From contig NC_043001.1 of assembly GCF_006345805.1 (NCBI RefSeq), positions 46,190,001-46,254,000 on the forward strand: a stretch of DNA of 64,000 bases, read 5' to 3'. Shown here one piece after another: positions 1 through 11,030 of the stretch (positions are counted from its first letter, which is position 1; the number at the start of each line of letters is the position of its first letter). Made by a program: the position numbers and the translations under genes. Source of the DNA: Octopus sinensis. Taxonomy: Eukaryota. The notes below the pieces were generated by a model, which saw only the letters and a program-made list of their open reading frames with translations, was not told the DNA's origin and ran no database searches.

Positions 1-400
1 TATGTGCGCAACATGGTGACCTTATATCATGATAAACAGTGCATGACCTTGCAGGTGGGGCTCCATCCTGCTCAAAAAGTCCCTGAATAAGGATTGTTTA
101 AGAATGATTAACAAAATACCTACGTTTCCAAAGGTGAATTATTCAAAGCCCCCAAAATTTCTTTCAACACATGGCTATGATGCTCCCCAACTACTTCTGT
201 TCGTGATCAGAGATGCACATATCGTCAGCCACTAAGGGACATTCTCAACTGGTTATGGTCAAACAACTGACAAGCAAATCTGTGGTACTAAGCAGAATAT
301 TTGCTGTAGCCCATCTTTTATATCAGGCCAAAACAATGTACATGATAACACTTCCAATCAGTTAAGATCAGAAGCCACGAGAGCCACTACCTGGTACTGC
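1..400 (+). repeat. Dispersed non-coding repeat (partial, cut by window edge); paralog at 40525-41082
   Basis: Colinear similarity with about 40640-41070 (e.g. gtgatcagagatgcacatat...caagcaaatctgtggta...gataacacttccaatcagttaa). Confidence 0.85.
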
Positions 401-454
401 TTCATCATCATCATCATCACCACCACCACCACCACCACCACCACCACCACCACC

Positions 455-1410
455 AGAGTAAAAGGTAGACTGTATGACGCATGTGTATGAACAGCCATGC
501 TACATGGCAGTGAAACATGGGCTGTGGCTGCTGAGGACATGCGTAAGCTTGCAAGGAATGAAGCCAGTATGATCCGATGGATGTGTAATGTCAGTGTGCA
601 TACTCGACAGAGTGTAAGTACCTTGAGAGAAATGTTAGACCTAAGAAGCATCAGATGAGGTGTGCAAGAGGGACAACTGCACTGGTATGGTCATGTGGCG
701 AGAATGGATGAGGACAGCTGTGTGAAAAAGTGCCACACCCTAGCGGTTGAGGAAACCTGTGGAAGAGGTAGACCCAGGAAGACTTGGGATGAAGTGGTGA
801 AGCATGACCTTCGAACTTTAGGCCTCACCAAGGAAATGACTAGTGACCGAGACTTTTGGAAATATGCTGTGCGTGAGAAGACCTGGCAAACCAAATGAGA
901 CCATAACCTCGTGGCCTATGTCAGGGGCGTAACCAGCCCACTTATGTGTACCTTTTCCTTCTTTGTACAGTAAAAATCTGCTTGCGAAGACCTGTTGAGG
1001 CAAGTGAAATCAAAATCAAAATCAAAATCGATGACTGGCGTCCGTGCTAGCAGGGTGCAAAGAGCACCATACAAGCGTGATCATTGACAGAGCGGCTAAC
1101 CGGCTTCCATGCCAGTGAACTTAAAAGGCACCATTCGAGCATGATCGTTACCAACATTGCCTTACTGGCACCTGTGCCGGTGGCATATGTAAAGGATTTG
1201 AGCGAGGTCATTGCCAGTACCGCCTGACTGGCACGGAAAAGCACTCACTACACTCTCGGAGTGGTTGGCGTTAGGAAGGGCATCCAGCTGTAGAAACTCT
1301 GCCAGATCAAGTTTGAAGCCTTGTGCAGCCATCTGGTTCACCAGCGCTCAGTCAATTGTCCAACCTATGCTAGTATGGAAAGCGGACATTAAACGATGAT
1401 GATGATGATG
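455..1410 (+). mobile_element. RTE-clade LINE, 5'-truncated: ORF C-terminus, 3' UTR and (GAT)n tail
   Basis: Frame 455-898 reads RVKGRLYDACV*TAMLHGSETW...LHWYGHVARM...GRGRPRKTW, typical of an RTE C-terminus. In-frame TGA stops at 488 and 656. Ends cattaaacgatgatgat. Confidence 0.9.
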
Positions 1411-2630
1411 ATATATATATATATATATACATACATATACTGGCCTTGTGACAGAATTAGAAACCATTTATAGCAGCTTTAGTTTTGTAGTCTTGTTCCA
1501 TAAAACATAAGCAGAGTGTTATGAGTGATGATTTTATGATAGGTCATTAATTAAAATGATGAGACTATAAAACCACTTATTGCAGAAAGTTCTGGTTGTA
1601 TGTGACCAAATATTAAAAGCTTTTGCAAATAAAGTATGGAAAAGGAAAAATGCAGAGCCATTTTTATGAAATTAAGATTGTTCTTTTTCGTTTGTTTATC
1701 TAAAAATTCTTTTTTTTCACAATCCAGTCAGAGTAGGTCAGTAGCATAGCTAAAAGGTTGGGTGATGGGAGCAGTCCATTCTGGGTGGAATTTTTATGGG
1801 AGCAACATTTTAAGGGAGTGGGGCACTTTTGGGTCTGCTGTATAAGACTATATAGGGGACAAGCGATGGCATACTCAAGAGTTGCTCTGGGTAGTATATA
1901 ATCAATACCACTAGAATAGGTAGGGTGGTACCTATGACCCTTTAACCATTTTGAGACACATGGTGTTTTGGTATGCATAGCCAAAAAGACCCCTTTTTTC
2001 TATTGAGATACATCTACTGAAAGACAATCTTTGATTAGCTATTACACTTCAAAACCAACCATTCACGTTTGTTCCATCAGGCCAATGGATCAGCCTCATA
2101 GTCCTTTCAGTTTGTACCACTTATGTGACTTACACTAGCAGTCTATCATTTGGGTGTTTTGCAAAACTAGAGGCTACATTCTTCTCAATCAACACATTCA
2201 AACTTCCTTCCTCTTCTTTTAGGTCCTTATAGTTTTATCAGTTCTTTGTTTTATGCTTACTTCAATGAGATGTGGAGAGTCCACCTCACTTTTTGTTTGC
2301 TGTCTCTATGTATTCTTGCTGCTCATACTGAAACTTGGTGGACACAAAGACAAGGTACTCTTCACAATGGACTCAACTGATAGCCAGGTCCATCCTACAC
2401 CTGACAACAAAAGTTTGACAAAATCTCATGTCAGCACTATTCAGACATTAGATGAATGAGTGCAGAAGATTTTCATTGATTTGTGCACAACTCAGAGATA
2501 TTTAGCTCATGTCCTTTCTGTGTGGTTTGTTATATATATCCGAAACCACACAGTTTGGGAAGAAGGAGCTGTCAATTATATTGACTCAGATACTTGGGTG
2601 GTACATATTTACATTTGAACAAAACAATAA

Positions 2631-2795
2631 GGTACAGGCGTGGTTGGGTGGTTAAGAAGCTTGTTTCCCAGCCATGTGGTTTTGGGTTCAGTCCCACTGT
2701 GCAGCACCTTGAGTAAGTGTTTTCTACTTTATCCCCAGGCTGACCAAAGGCTTGTGAGTGGATATGGTTGAGAGAAATTGAAAGAAGTCTGTTGT
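2631..2795 (+). mobile_element. SINE family B, 5' half (tRNA-like head), degenerate
   Basis: gtggttaagaagcttg...gggttcagtccc matches the full copy at 21023; runs into (TATG)n. Confidence 0.75.
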
Positions 2796-2831
2796 TTGTT
2801 TGTCTGCCTGCCTGCCCGTCTGTCTATCTGT

Positions 2832-3520
2832 TTGTATGTATGTATGTATGTATGTATGTATGTATGTATGTATGTATGCATGTATGTATGCATGTATGCA
2901 TGTATGTATTATGTATGTATGCATGTATGCATGTATGTATGTATGTATGTATGTATGTATGTATGTATGTATGTATGTATGTATGTATGTATGTATTATG
3001 TATGTATGTATGTATGTATGTATGTATTATGTATGTATGTATGTATGTATGTATGTATACATGTATGTATGTATGCATGTATGTATGTATGCATGTATGT
3101 ATGTATGTATGTATGTATGTATGTATGTATGTATGTATGCATGTATGTATGTATGTATGCATGTATGTATGTATGTATGTATGTATGTATGTATGTATGT
3201 ATGTATGTATGTATGTATTATGTATGTATGTATGTATGTATGTATGTATGTATGTATGTATGCATGTATGTATGTATGTAGTATGTATGTATGTATGTAT
3301 GTATGTATGTATGTATGTATGTATGCATGAGTATGTATGTATGTATGTATGTATGTATTATGTATGTATGTATGTATGTATGTATGTATGTATGTATGTA
3401 TGTATGTATTATGTATGTATGTATGTATGCATGTATGTATGTATGTATGTATGTATGTATGTATGTATGTATGTATGTATGTATGTATGTATGTATGTAT
3501 GTATGTATGTATGTATACAT
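2832..3520. repeat. About 690 bp (TATG)n microsatellite with TGCA and TAT variants
   Basis: Directly visible; source of the MYVC/HTYI pseudo-ORFs. Confidence 0.98.
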
Positions 3521-3667
3521 GCATGCATGCATATACGTCTTTTTGTATGTGTGTTTGTGTGTATTCTAGTCACATAATAATTGTAAATAAGCATCACATC
3601 ACCATCATCATCATTATCATCATACAAGCACAGTGGTTTCCAGTCTTCCATGAAAAACATGTCTGGT

Positions 3668-4030
3668 TATCATCATCATCATCATCATCGTTTAACATCT
3701 GCTTTCCATGCTAGCATGGGTTGGACGATTTGACTGAGGAGTGGCGAACCAGATGGCTGCAGCAGGTTCCAGTCTGATCTGGCAAAATTTCTACAGCTGG
3801 ATGCCCTTCCTAATGCCAACCACTCCGAGAGTGTAGTGGGTGCTTTTATGTGCCACCGGCACGAGGGTCAGTCAGGCGGTACTGGCAACAGCTACACTCA
3901 AATGGTGCTTTTTATGTGCCACATGCACAGGAGCCAGTCCAGTGGCACTGGCAACCTTTCTCGAATGTTTTTACACATGCCACCGGCACGGAAATTAGTC
4001 AGCTGCTCTGGCAATGATTTGCATGGAAAC
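3668..4030 (-). mobile_element. RTE LINE 3' UTR and tail, inverted relative to the 455-1410 copy
   Basis: (CAT)n-cgtttaac...ctacagctggatgcccttcctaatgccaaccactccgagagtgtagtg is the reverse complement of about 1240-1410. Confidence 0.88.
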
Positions 4031-4681
4031 AGTTGAAGGTTTATGACAAGAGGGCATCTATATATTAATTTATGATCTATAATTTAGGATATCTATATTT
4101 TCTTATGTTCTATAAGTTTACTTATGGGCTCTAAAATTTATATTGGAAATATATGTTTACTAATGAACTATAAGAAGTTTACTTCTTGACATAAAATAGA
4201 TAAAAAGAGAAAGAAAAAACCTGAATTGTATGAAAACACTGGTAATTGGTGTTGGGCAAAGATCTTTTATTGGTAAAGTACACAACATATTTTAAAATGT
4301 GTATGCTATTAGAACTATTTCCTAATGCTTTGAACTTAGTATTTTGTTGACAAGAGAGATAGGAAGAAAGAGAAGGGGAGAGAGGAGAAGGATGGGAGAG
4401 GAGGAGAAAGGTGGTAGAAGAAGAAGAAGAAGAAGAAGAAGAGAGAGAGAGAGAGAGAGAGAGCTGGTGCTTTTGAACAACATGTTTTGTGGCTTTTGTT
4501 CCGCCCATATACTTCCTTTTCACTTTCAGTATTGTAAATATGGTGAACCTAGTTCGTTGAAAATCTGTAACTAATTCCATAAAATTAAATATAAATAAAC
4601 ATGTAACGAAAATATGATAGTCTATCACCAAGTATAACTACTAATATACATCGATTAAATGACTGAAGAAGAACAATATTG

Positions 4682-4898
4682 GTTTCAAATTTTGGCACAA
4701 GGCCAGCAATTTTAGCGGAGGGTGTAAGTCGATTAGATCGACCCCAGTGTTCAACTGGTACTTATTTTATCGACCCTGAAAGGATGAGAGACAAAGCTGA
4801 CGGCGGTGGAATTTCAACTCAGAACGTTAAGACGGACAAAATCCTGCAAAGCATTTTGCCCGACGTACCAACGATTCTGTGAGCTGACCGTGTTAAAA
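4682..4898 (-). mobile_element. SINE family A monomer with 13-bp TSD
   Basis: Core ttatcgaccc.gaaaggatga; aagaacaatattg at 4669-4681 and 4899-4911. Confidence 0.85.
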
Positions 4899-5156
4899 AA
4901 GAACAATATTGATTAGTTATTGAGATGGCCATTTCATTTATATGATTTTCATGACAGTCGTTACAATATAGAAAATTACTTTCTTCGTGTTGTTAGTGTA
5001 CGCAGCTTTGCCTATTGTGCTAATTTCAAGGGAGAGCATTTAAACTTGGACAAGGGAGACAACTAGTGAAATTATTAGTAATTAAGGGGAAACAATGCTT
5101 TAGCACACCCCCCCAAAATCGATTTAAAGATGTAAGGGAAATAAGTTTGCAAATTA

Positions 5157-5698
5157 CCGTAAATCCTCGAGTATAATCCGCATTTCCCCACAAAATTTAA
5201 AGGTCAAAATCTCTAGTGCGTATTATATACGAGGTTAAAAATGAAAAATGTTTTCTAAGCAATGTTCGAGACTCTATTTGCTGTCCGACAATGTTTATTC
5301 AGACGCATTTTGTGGTATCGGGCGCGAAAATACCTTAAGCTAAGCCTGAAAGCAATGAAGTCATAAAAGAATCATCCATAACTTGCAGTAAGCAACATTT
5401 ATTAAACGTTATTACTGTTATTTCTTTATTTTCTGCAAACAAAATGCACAAAAAAGCTACACGTTTGCATTATGTTATGTATACAATAATAATAAAGGAC
5501 GTTACCGTATACAGTTTTACAAACCAAGGACGTTACCGTAAACATTTTTACAAACCAAGGATGTTATATAGACCTCCTTGACTCAAGTTAGAGAAGGGGT
5601 GCGTATTATATACAAGGCTTAAGTTTTTCAGAGGTACAGCCCCCTAAAAATTCCCTGCGTATTATACTCTAGGGTGGACTATACTCGAGAATTTACGG
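5157..5698. mobile_element. pogo/Tc2-like MITE
   Basis: TIRs ccgtaaatcctcgagtata / tatactcgagaatttacgg; TA on both flanks; second copy at 28942-29422. Confidence 0.88.
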
Positions 5699-6619
5699 TA
5701 ATCTTCCAAGCAGTTGAAAACCGAAAATCAAACTTGGAGACCTAAGTTTAATTCTCGGTTGCAGGATTTCCCCTTTCAGTGATGTTATCTAGTGCCTAGA
5801 GTATGGTACAGCTGTTATCAATTCCCAATTACAATGGTATTTTCTTTCTTCTAGAAATTCCCTGCATCATATTCGTAGATAATATGTAGAATTTCAGGCT
5901 GCACACTCATGTCTGTCGAAAGACGACGATGAAGATTCCTTACCCATTCTTGTCATGACCAGCAAAAATAACTTTGTATGATATAGAAACAGACTGAATT
6001 GGGGGAGAAAAAAATCCTTGTGACATTGTACACAGAACAGTCGTCGCCAACTTTTTAAAGGAACAATTGGAAGAGCCAAATTTGGAGGGTAATTCAGTAA
6101 AAGTCGTATACTAAACGTGCAAATGCTGAACTGTGTGTTATCGATCGAAGGACTAGATTTAAATTTAACAATCATGTCGAAGATTCAAGTAAAACATATG
6201 ATACAAATTTTAATGAACAAAGTTAGTTAAGTCTAACGTCATGTTAGCTTGAAAAACCCTTACGACTTTAATGTGATATTTAAGGCTGAACTTTCTCAGC
6301 AAGTTTAATGCTCACTGTTGTGTTAGTTATAGAAACCCTTAATATTTGAAGCTTTGGTCTAAATCTGGATTTCACTAATGAAAATTTTGGCACGAGAGCC
6401 ATGGGAGTTTATTTACAGGACCGCGAGTTGAGAGTACTGACATAGTGCATATCATCACATTTCAGAGTGAACAGCAAATTTTTCGAATAAGAGAAGGTAA
6501 TATAGTGTGTTTAGAAGATCGAACCTGATTGTGTGATCGATTACATACTTATCATTTTCAGATCGAACCATGCTGTTCTAAAAGAGGAAGAATGCATTGG
6601 ATTATATAGACCTTGATAT

Positions 6620-6932
6620 ATTGGGTTCACAATCATGAGGTAGTGAGTTCGATTCCCGGACGGGCTGTATGTTTTGTTCTTGAGTAAGTCACTTTATTTC
6701 ACGTTGCTTCAGTTCACACTCAGCTATAGAAATGAGTTGCGACGTCACAGGTGCCAAGCTGTATCGGTCTTTGTCTTTCGCTTGGATAAAATCGATGGCG
6801 TGGTGAAAGGAGGCTGGCATGGATGGGCGACTGCTGATATTCCATAAACAATCTTGCTCGGACATGTGCCCTCAGAGGGTCACTTTCTAGGTGCAATCCC
6901 ATGGCTATTCATGACCGAAGGGGATCTTTAAC
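6620..6932 (+). mobile_element. SINE family C (tRNA head, CORE-like body)
   Basis: gagttcgattcccgg B-box-like motif; ttcttgag..cactttatttcacgttgc body; tail ttctaggtgcaatcccatgg; matches 36931-37262. Confidence 0.85.
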
Positions 6933-7129
6933 CTATATATTGTATTTAAAACCTGAAATCTTAGGAAACAAATTTTCTTTCTTTTCGCTTATGTCTGGGG
7001 AGAAAGGTAAGCGTCTCTGTTCATTTTCAGGCCCCGGAGATTGGTGGGGAGAAGTGAAGAAGTTCACCTCAGGCCAGATCCCTGTCTCGAATGTAGAAAG
7101 AGTGAAGAAACTAGCGTTATTTTTGGACC

Positions 7130-7140
7130 TTACTCTTCGT
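7130..7140 (-). CDS. Candidate terminal coding exon of an unidentified minus-strand gene ((D)EE*; exon continues as 3' UTR)
   Basis: Pyrimidine-rich acceptor ctctcttttttgcctcactgtcag|acgaagagtaa; phase 1 fits the 7338 donor. Confidence 0.45.
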
Positions 7141-7337
7141 CTGACAGTGAGGCAAAAAAGAGAGTTTTATAAATAAGAGAAGTAATTTAAAGGCAGAGCA
7201 TCCAAGTAAGATTTACTAAGGTGCAACAAGACCGTTTTCGAAACCGGGAGTGGTATGCACGCGCGTGTGTGCGGTGGGGTTCAAACGTGAACTGTGATTA
7301 TTTTAAAGGATGGACCCGGAGATAGTTATGGTCTCAC

Positions 7338-7387
7338 CAGCGCTTTGGCTCCGCGAACGACGCACCAGCCGACAACCCCTGTCATAG
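7338..7387 (-). CDS. Candidate 50-nt exon (YDRGCRLVRRSRSQSA)
   Basis: CpG-rich unique stretch; donor CTG|GTGAGA; weak acceptor ccctcag (alternative start at 7401). Confidence 0.45.
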
Positions 7388-7602
7388 CTGAGGGATCCGA
7401 TCTCAATATATATGTTGTATATATATCTTATCGTCAGTTAAACAATTAAAGGCAGATTAGGAAGTAAATAATGAAATTACATACTGTAATTTATTCAGTT
7501 CAGCGCTGTAATGTTTCTGATAATTTGTCACTTAACTATTTAACCTTTATAACGTATTAAAACGATAATAACAACGATATCAGCAATAGATATTTTACTC
7601 AC

Positions 7603-7664
7603 TTTTCTATGGTTTCCGGATTTGAGAAACTTTTCCGGCGCGATTTGTCTCCAATATCGCAATT
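7603..7664 (-). CDS. Candidate 62-nt exon (NCDIGDKSRRKSFSNPETIE)
   Basis: Acceptor tctatatttttcag-type tract (tttttcag|); donor AAA|GTGAGT; two of three frames open. Confidence 0.55.
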
Positions 7665-7725
7665 CTGAAAAATATATAGACAGAGAGATAATTAGATAAT
7701 TAGGCAGACAGACAGAGGGTAAGGA

Positions 7726-7838
7726 AGAGAGTGAAAGAGAGAGAGGAAGAGAGAGTGAAAGAGAGAGAGGAAGAGAGAGTGAAAGAGAGAGAGGAAGAGA
7801 GAGTGAAAGAGAGAGAGGAAGAGAGAGTGAGAGAGAGA
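7726..7838. repeat. 24-bp GA-rich minisatellite, about 4.5 units
   Basis: Unit gagagagtgaaagagagagaggaa repeated in tandem. Confidence 0.9.
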
Positions 7839-7943
7839 TATTCTAGGGACAGATAAAATGACATATATACATACATATATGTATGGGCTCCTTGAGAGCG
7901 GTCAGCTAAAAGTTTTTTGTGCATTTTGATGTCGACATAAGTT

Positions 7944-8040
7944 TCCTTGATTTTCCTGAAGAGAAATCTGCATAATGTACTCCTTATTCCTTCGGAATTA
8001 GGAATATGCAGCCTTCGAAACATATGTCGAGAATAAAGGA
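7944..8040 (+). ncRNA. Type I hammerhead ribozyme, intact core, Penelope-like context
   Basis: CUGAAGA 7956-7962; extended helix II 7963-8016; GAAA 8017-8020; palindrome ACAUAUGU; GUC cleavage after 8028; helix I pairs 7944-7955 with 8029-8040. Confidence 0.8.
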
Positions 8041-8103
8041 TATTTGTTAACTAGTCGTTCAACTCCATTCTTTCATATACTTATAATTTTAAAATAAACA
8101 TAC

Positions 8104-8164
8104 AAATTTCCGCACGAAGACACGTAGTCTATGCCCTAGCGACGTAGCTTCAACCGTGTTCTTT
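8104..8164 (-). CDS. Candidate 61-nt exon (KNTVEATSLGHRLRVFVRKF)
   Basis: Donor TTT|GTATGT; a single open frame ending in phase 0, matching 7664; weak acceptor. Confidence 0.3.
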
Positions 8165-8269
8165 CTGATGTGAATTTGCTACCCAGGTATCGGTTATCTT
8201 TCGAATTATCCTTAATAAGATAATTCATTCAATTACTCATATATATATATATACACACATATGTGTGTG

Positions 8270-8480
8270 TGTGTATGTTTGTGTGTCTGTGTTTGTCCCC
8301 CCAACATCGCTTGACAACCGATGCTGGTGTGTTTACGTCCCCGTAACTTAGCGGTTCGGCAAGAGAGACTGATAGAGTAAGTACTAGGCTTACAAAGAAT
8401 AAGTCCTGGGGGCGATTTGCTCGACTAAAGGCTCCAGCATGACCGCAGTCAAATGACTGAAACAAATAACAAAAGAATAT
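8270..8480 (+). mobile_element. SINE family B, 3' half
   Basis: gtttgtccccccaacatcgcttgacaaccg...cagtcaaatgactgaaacaa. Confidence 0.88.
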
Positions 8481-8549
8481 CACACAACACAAAATACAAC
8501 ACATAATATACATCATACAACACAGCCAAAAATGAGATGTACTTGTAAT

Positions 8550-8893
8550 TCACATTCTGTGTCACGCTGAATCTCCATGAGAGCTCTGTTAAGGGTATGC
8601 ATGTCTGTGGAGTGCTCAGCCACCTGCACGTTAATTTCCATTGATCGGATCAACTGGAACCCTTGTCATTGTAATCGATGGAGTGCCAGTTATTACAGCA
8701 TAACTGACTGCGTATTGCTGTTGAATATGGCGCATTCTGTGTTGTGTATTGAAATACAGGTACTACTCATTGTTGTCTGCTGAGTGGACTGGAACAACGG
8801 GAAATAAAGTATCTTGCTCACACTGCTGAGAATCGAACTCAAGACCTTACGAACATGAGCCGAATACCCTAACCACTAAGCTGTGCGCCTTCA
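8550..8893. mobile_element. SINE family E pieces: tail on + (8550-8695) facing head/CORE-like body on - (8750-8893)
   Basis: Both match the colinear copy at 22862-23106 and the tail at 21988-22070. Confidence 0.75.
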
Positions 8894-8957
8894 CTATGTT
8901 GTAATACAGTTAATAAATATTTCCTATGATGGATAGAGATTCTTTGAAATTACTTAC

Positions 8958-8982
8958 ATGCAACAATGAAAATCAATAAAAA
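8958..8982 (-). CDS. Possible 25-nt micro-exon ((F)FIDFHCC)
   Basis: Strong donor CAT|GTAAGT; NAGNAG acceptor ttttaagaag; bridges phase 1 to phase 2 between 13332 and 8164. Confidence 0.25.
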
Positions 8983-9168
8983 CTTCTTAAAATTTGAAGA
9001 GTGAATACAAAGAATGATGATCAGAACAAGACAGCCTTTGAGTTTGTTTTTCTGTACAAGATTGTCCATCCTACCCCTATTCATGCGTATTGGAATGAGC
9101 GTGTGAATGTATTTTTGTTTGTAGGTGTAAATCACGTGTATGGTATTTATTTAATATATCTATATTCG

Positions 9169-9868
9169 AAGGCGGCAAGTTGGCAGAAACCTTAGCACGC
9201 CGGGGTCTATCTAATCGACTGGATCCCTCCCGCCAAATTTCAGGCTTTGTGCCTAGAGTAGAAAAGAATATCTATATCCGAAGGCGGCGAGCTGGCAGAA
9301 ACGTTAGCACTCTGGGCGAAATGCGAAGCCGTATTTCGTCCGCCATTAAGTTCTGAGTTCAAATTCTGCCGAGGTCGACTTTGCCTTTCATCCTTTCGGG
9401 GTTGATTAAATAAGTACCAGTTACGCACTGAGGTCGATATAATCGACTTAATCCCTTTGTCTGTCCTTGTTTGTCCCCTCTGTGTTTAGCCCCTTGTGGG
9501 TAGTAAAGAAATAGGTATTTCGTCTGCCGTTACGTTCTGAGTTCAAATTTCGCCGAGGTTGACTTTGCCTTTCATCCTTTCGGGGTCGATAAATTAAGTA
9601 CCAGTTACGCACTGGGGTCGATGTAATCGACTTAATTCCTTTGTCTGTCCTTGTTTGTCCCCTCTATGTTTAGCCCCTTGTAGGCAATAAAGAAATAAGA
9701 AACGTTAGCGCGTCTGTCTTTACATTCTGAATTCAAATTCCGCTGAGGTCGACTTTACCTGTCATCCTTTCGGAGTCGATAAATTAAGTACCAGCTGCGT
9801 ACTTGGATCGATCTAATCGACTGGCTCCCTCCCCCAAAATTTCGGGCCTTGTGCCTAGAGTAGAAAAG
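9169..9868 (+). mobile_element. SINE family A: internally deleted copy (9169-9266) plus trimeric copy (9281-9868)
   Basis: Head ggcggcgagctggcagaaacgttagc; gagttcaaattc B-box-like motif; three core units; direct repeat aatatatctatattcg at 9153 and 9869, variant at 9267. Confidence 0.92.
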
Positions 9869-10189
9869 AATATATCTATATTCGTTTTTGCTGTTTAAAT
9901 TCATATCACTGGTCGCTCTGAGTTTTCACCAATTTCCTAAAGAAGTGTGTACTTCAATAGAAAACTCGTAATGTATTCTCTTCACTTTTAAGGACTTTTA
10001 CTGCTGTCGTTTAACTGATTCTGTTTGAACGATACCCCCCCCCCATGCTATTCAAAGACGGTCTTAAATCAAAAGCTGATCGTAAGTCAATTTTCTTAGT
10101 TACTAAGATAGATCCTGTCTCTATCATTATTACCGTGCAAGCTTCCAGTTGACGTCAGAAGGTTTGCAGGTGTAATATCTTTGGAACAG

Positions 10190-10622
10190 AAGGCAACGAA
10201 CTGGCGCGCCGGGCGAAACAGTGGCATTTCGCTCGTCTTTAGGCTTTGAGTTCAAATCTTGCCGAGATCGACTTTACCTTTCATTATTTCGAGGTCAATA
10301 AAATAAATATCAGTTGAAGAGTGGGGCCAATTTAATCGACTTATTGCACTCCTAATATCGCTGGCCTTGTGGCAGAATTTGAAGCCATTATTTGTGTGCT
10401 TGTATGAAAGCGGCGAACTGGCAGAATCCTTAGCCCGCTGGACAAATTACTTTGCAGCATTTCTTCAGGTTTTACGTTCCGAGTTCAAACACTGTGGAGG
10501 TCGACTTTACTTTTCATCCTTTCGGAATCGATAAAACAGGAGCCAGTTGATCACGGTTCGAAGTAATGGATTTACCCCCTACCTTGAAATTGCTGGTCTT
10601 GTGGCAAAATTTGAAACCGATA
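10190..10622 (+). mobile_element. Two tandem degenerate SINE A monomers
   Basis: Head, core and tail (ctggccttgtg..aatttgaa) at about 10190-10392 and 10408-10622. Confidence 0.8.
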
Positions 10623-10892
10623 TCTATGGAACAAATTTCCTTTACTGCCCAATCAAGTATCCCAAATCATCGTATCAGTACTGGTACTGTCAATGAACTT
10701 CATTTGGTCACATTCCATTGAGAGTGTCTTGTTCAGATTATGAACATTTCAGCGGACCATCATAATAATAAAAATTATTATATCTGCATTTGTTTTAATG
10801 TTAACATTGGAAAAATCCACATTTTTCATTAAAAAAATTAGGACCTGGGTTTGCACCCCTTAGCAAATTTTGTTGCTGGGCCACTGTTTATT

Positions 10893-11030
10893 ATGACAAT
10901 ATTCAGTTTTATTTCAAGATTTCTTGCTAATAGAGAAAGATCCGATTTGTAACCCAGGTCCAAGGCTCCTTCATCGAAATTTCAAAAATATCAACAGGAT
11001 ATTTTTGATGTATGTGTGTATATGTGCAGT
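10893..11030 (-). mobile_element. 3' UTR fragment of RLE-type LINE
   Basis: Reverse complement matches 17783-17902 (aaggagcc..ctaggtta...caagaaatcttgaaataaaactgaata). Confidence 0.7.

Noticed and set aside
2253-2459. 68-aa plus-strand ORF in unique sequence
   Set aside because: No recognisable motif or consistent splice partners; length within chance expectation
2724-3714. Long MYVC/HTYI ORFs (also at about 18044-18557, 22104-22774, 25693-26016, 57566-58531, 60569-61194)
   Set aside because: Translations of (TATG)n, (TA)n and (CA)n microsatellites; open in several frames on both strands
6933-7140. 68-codon minus-strand frame (RRVRSKNNASFF...) as a long terminal exon
   Set aside because: Possible if the 7387 exon is skipped, but its stop coincides with a SINE boundary; kept only as an alternative
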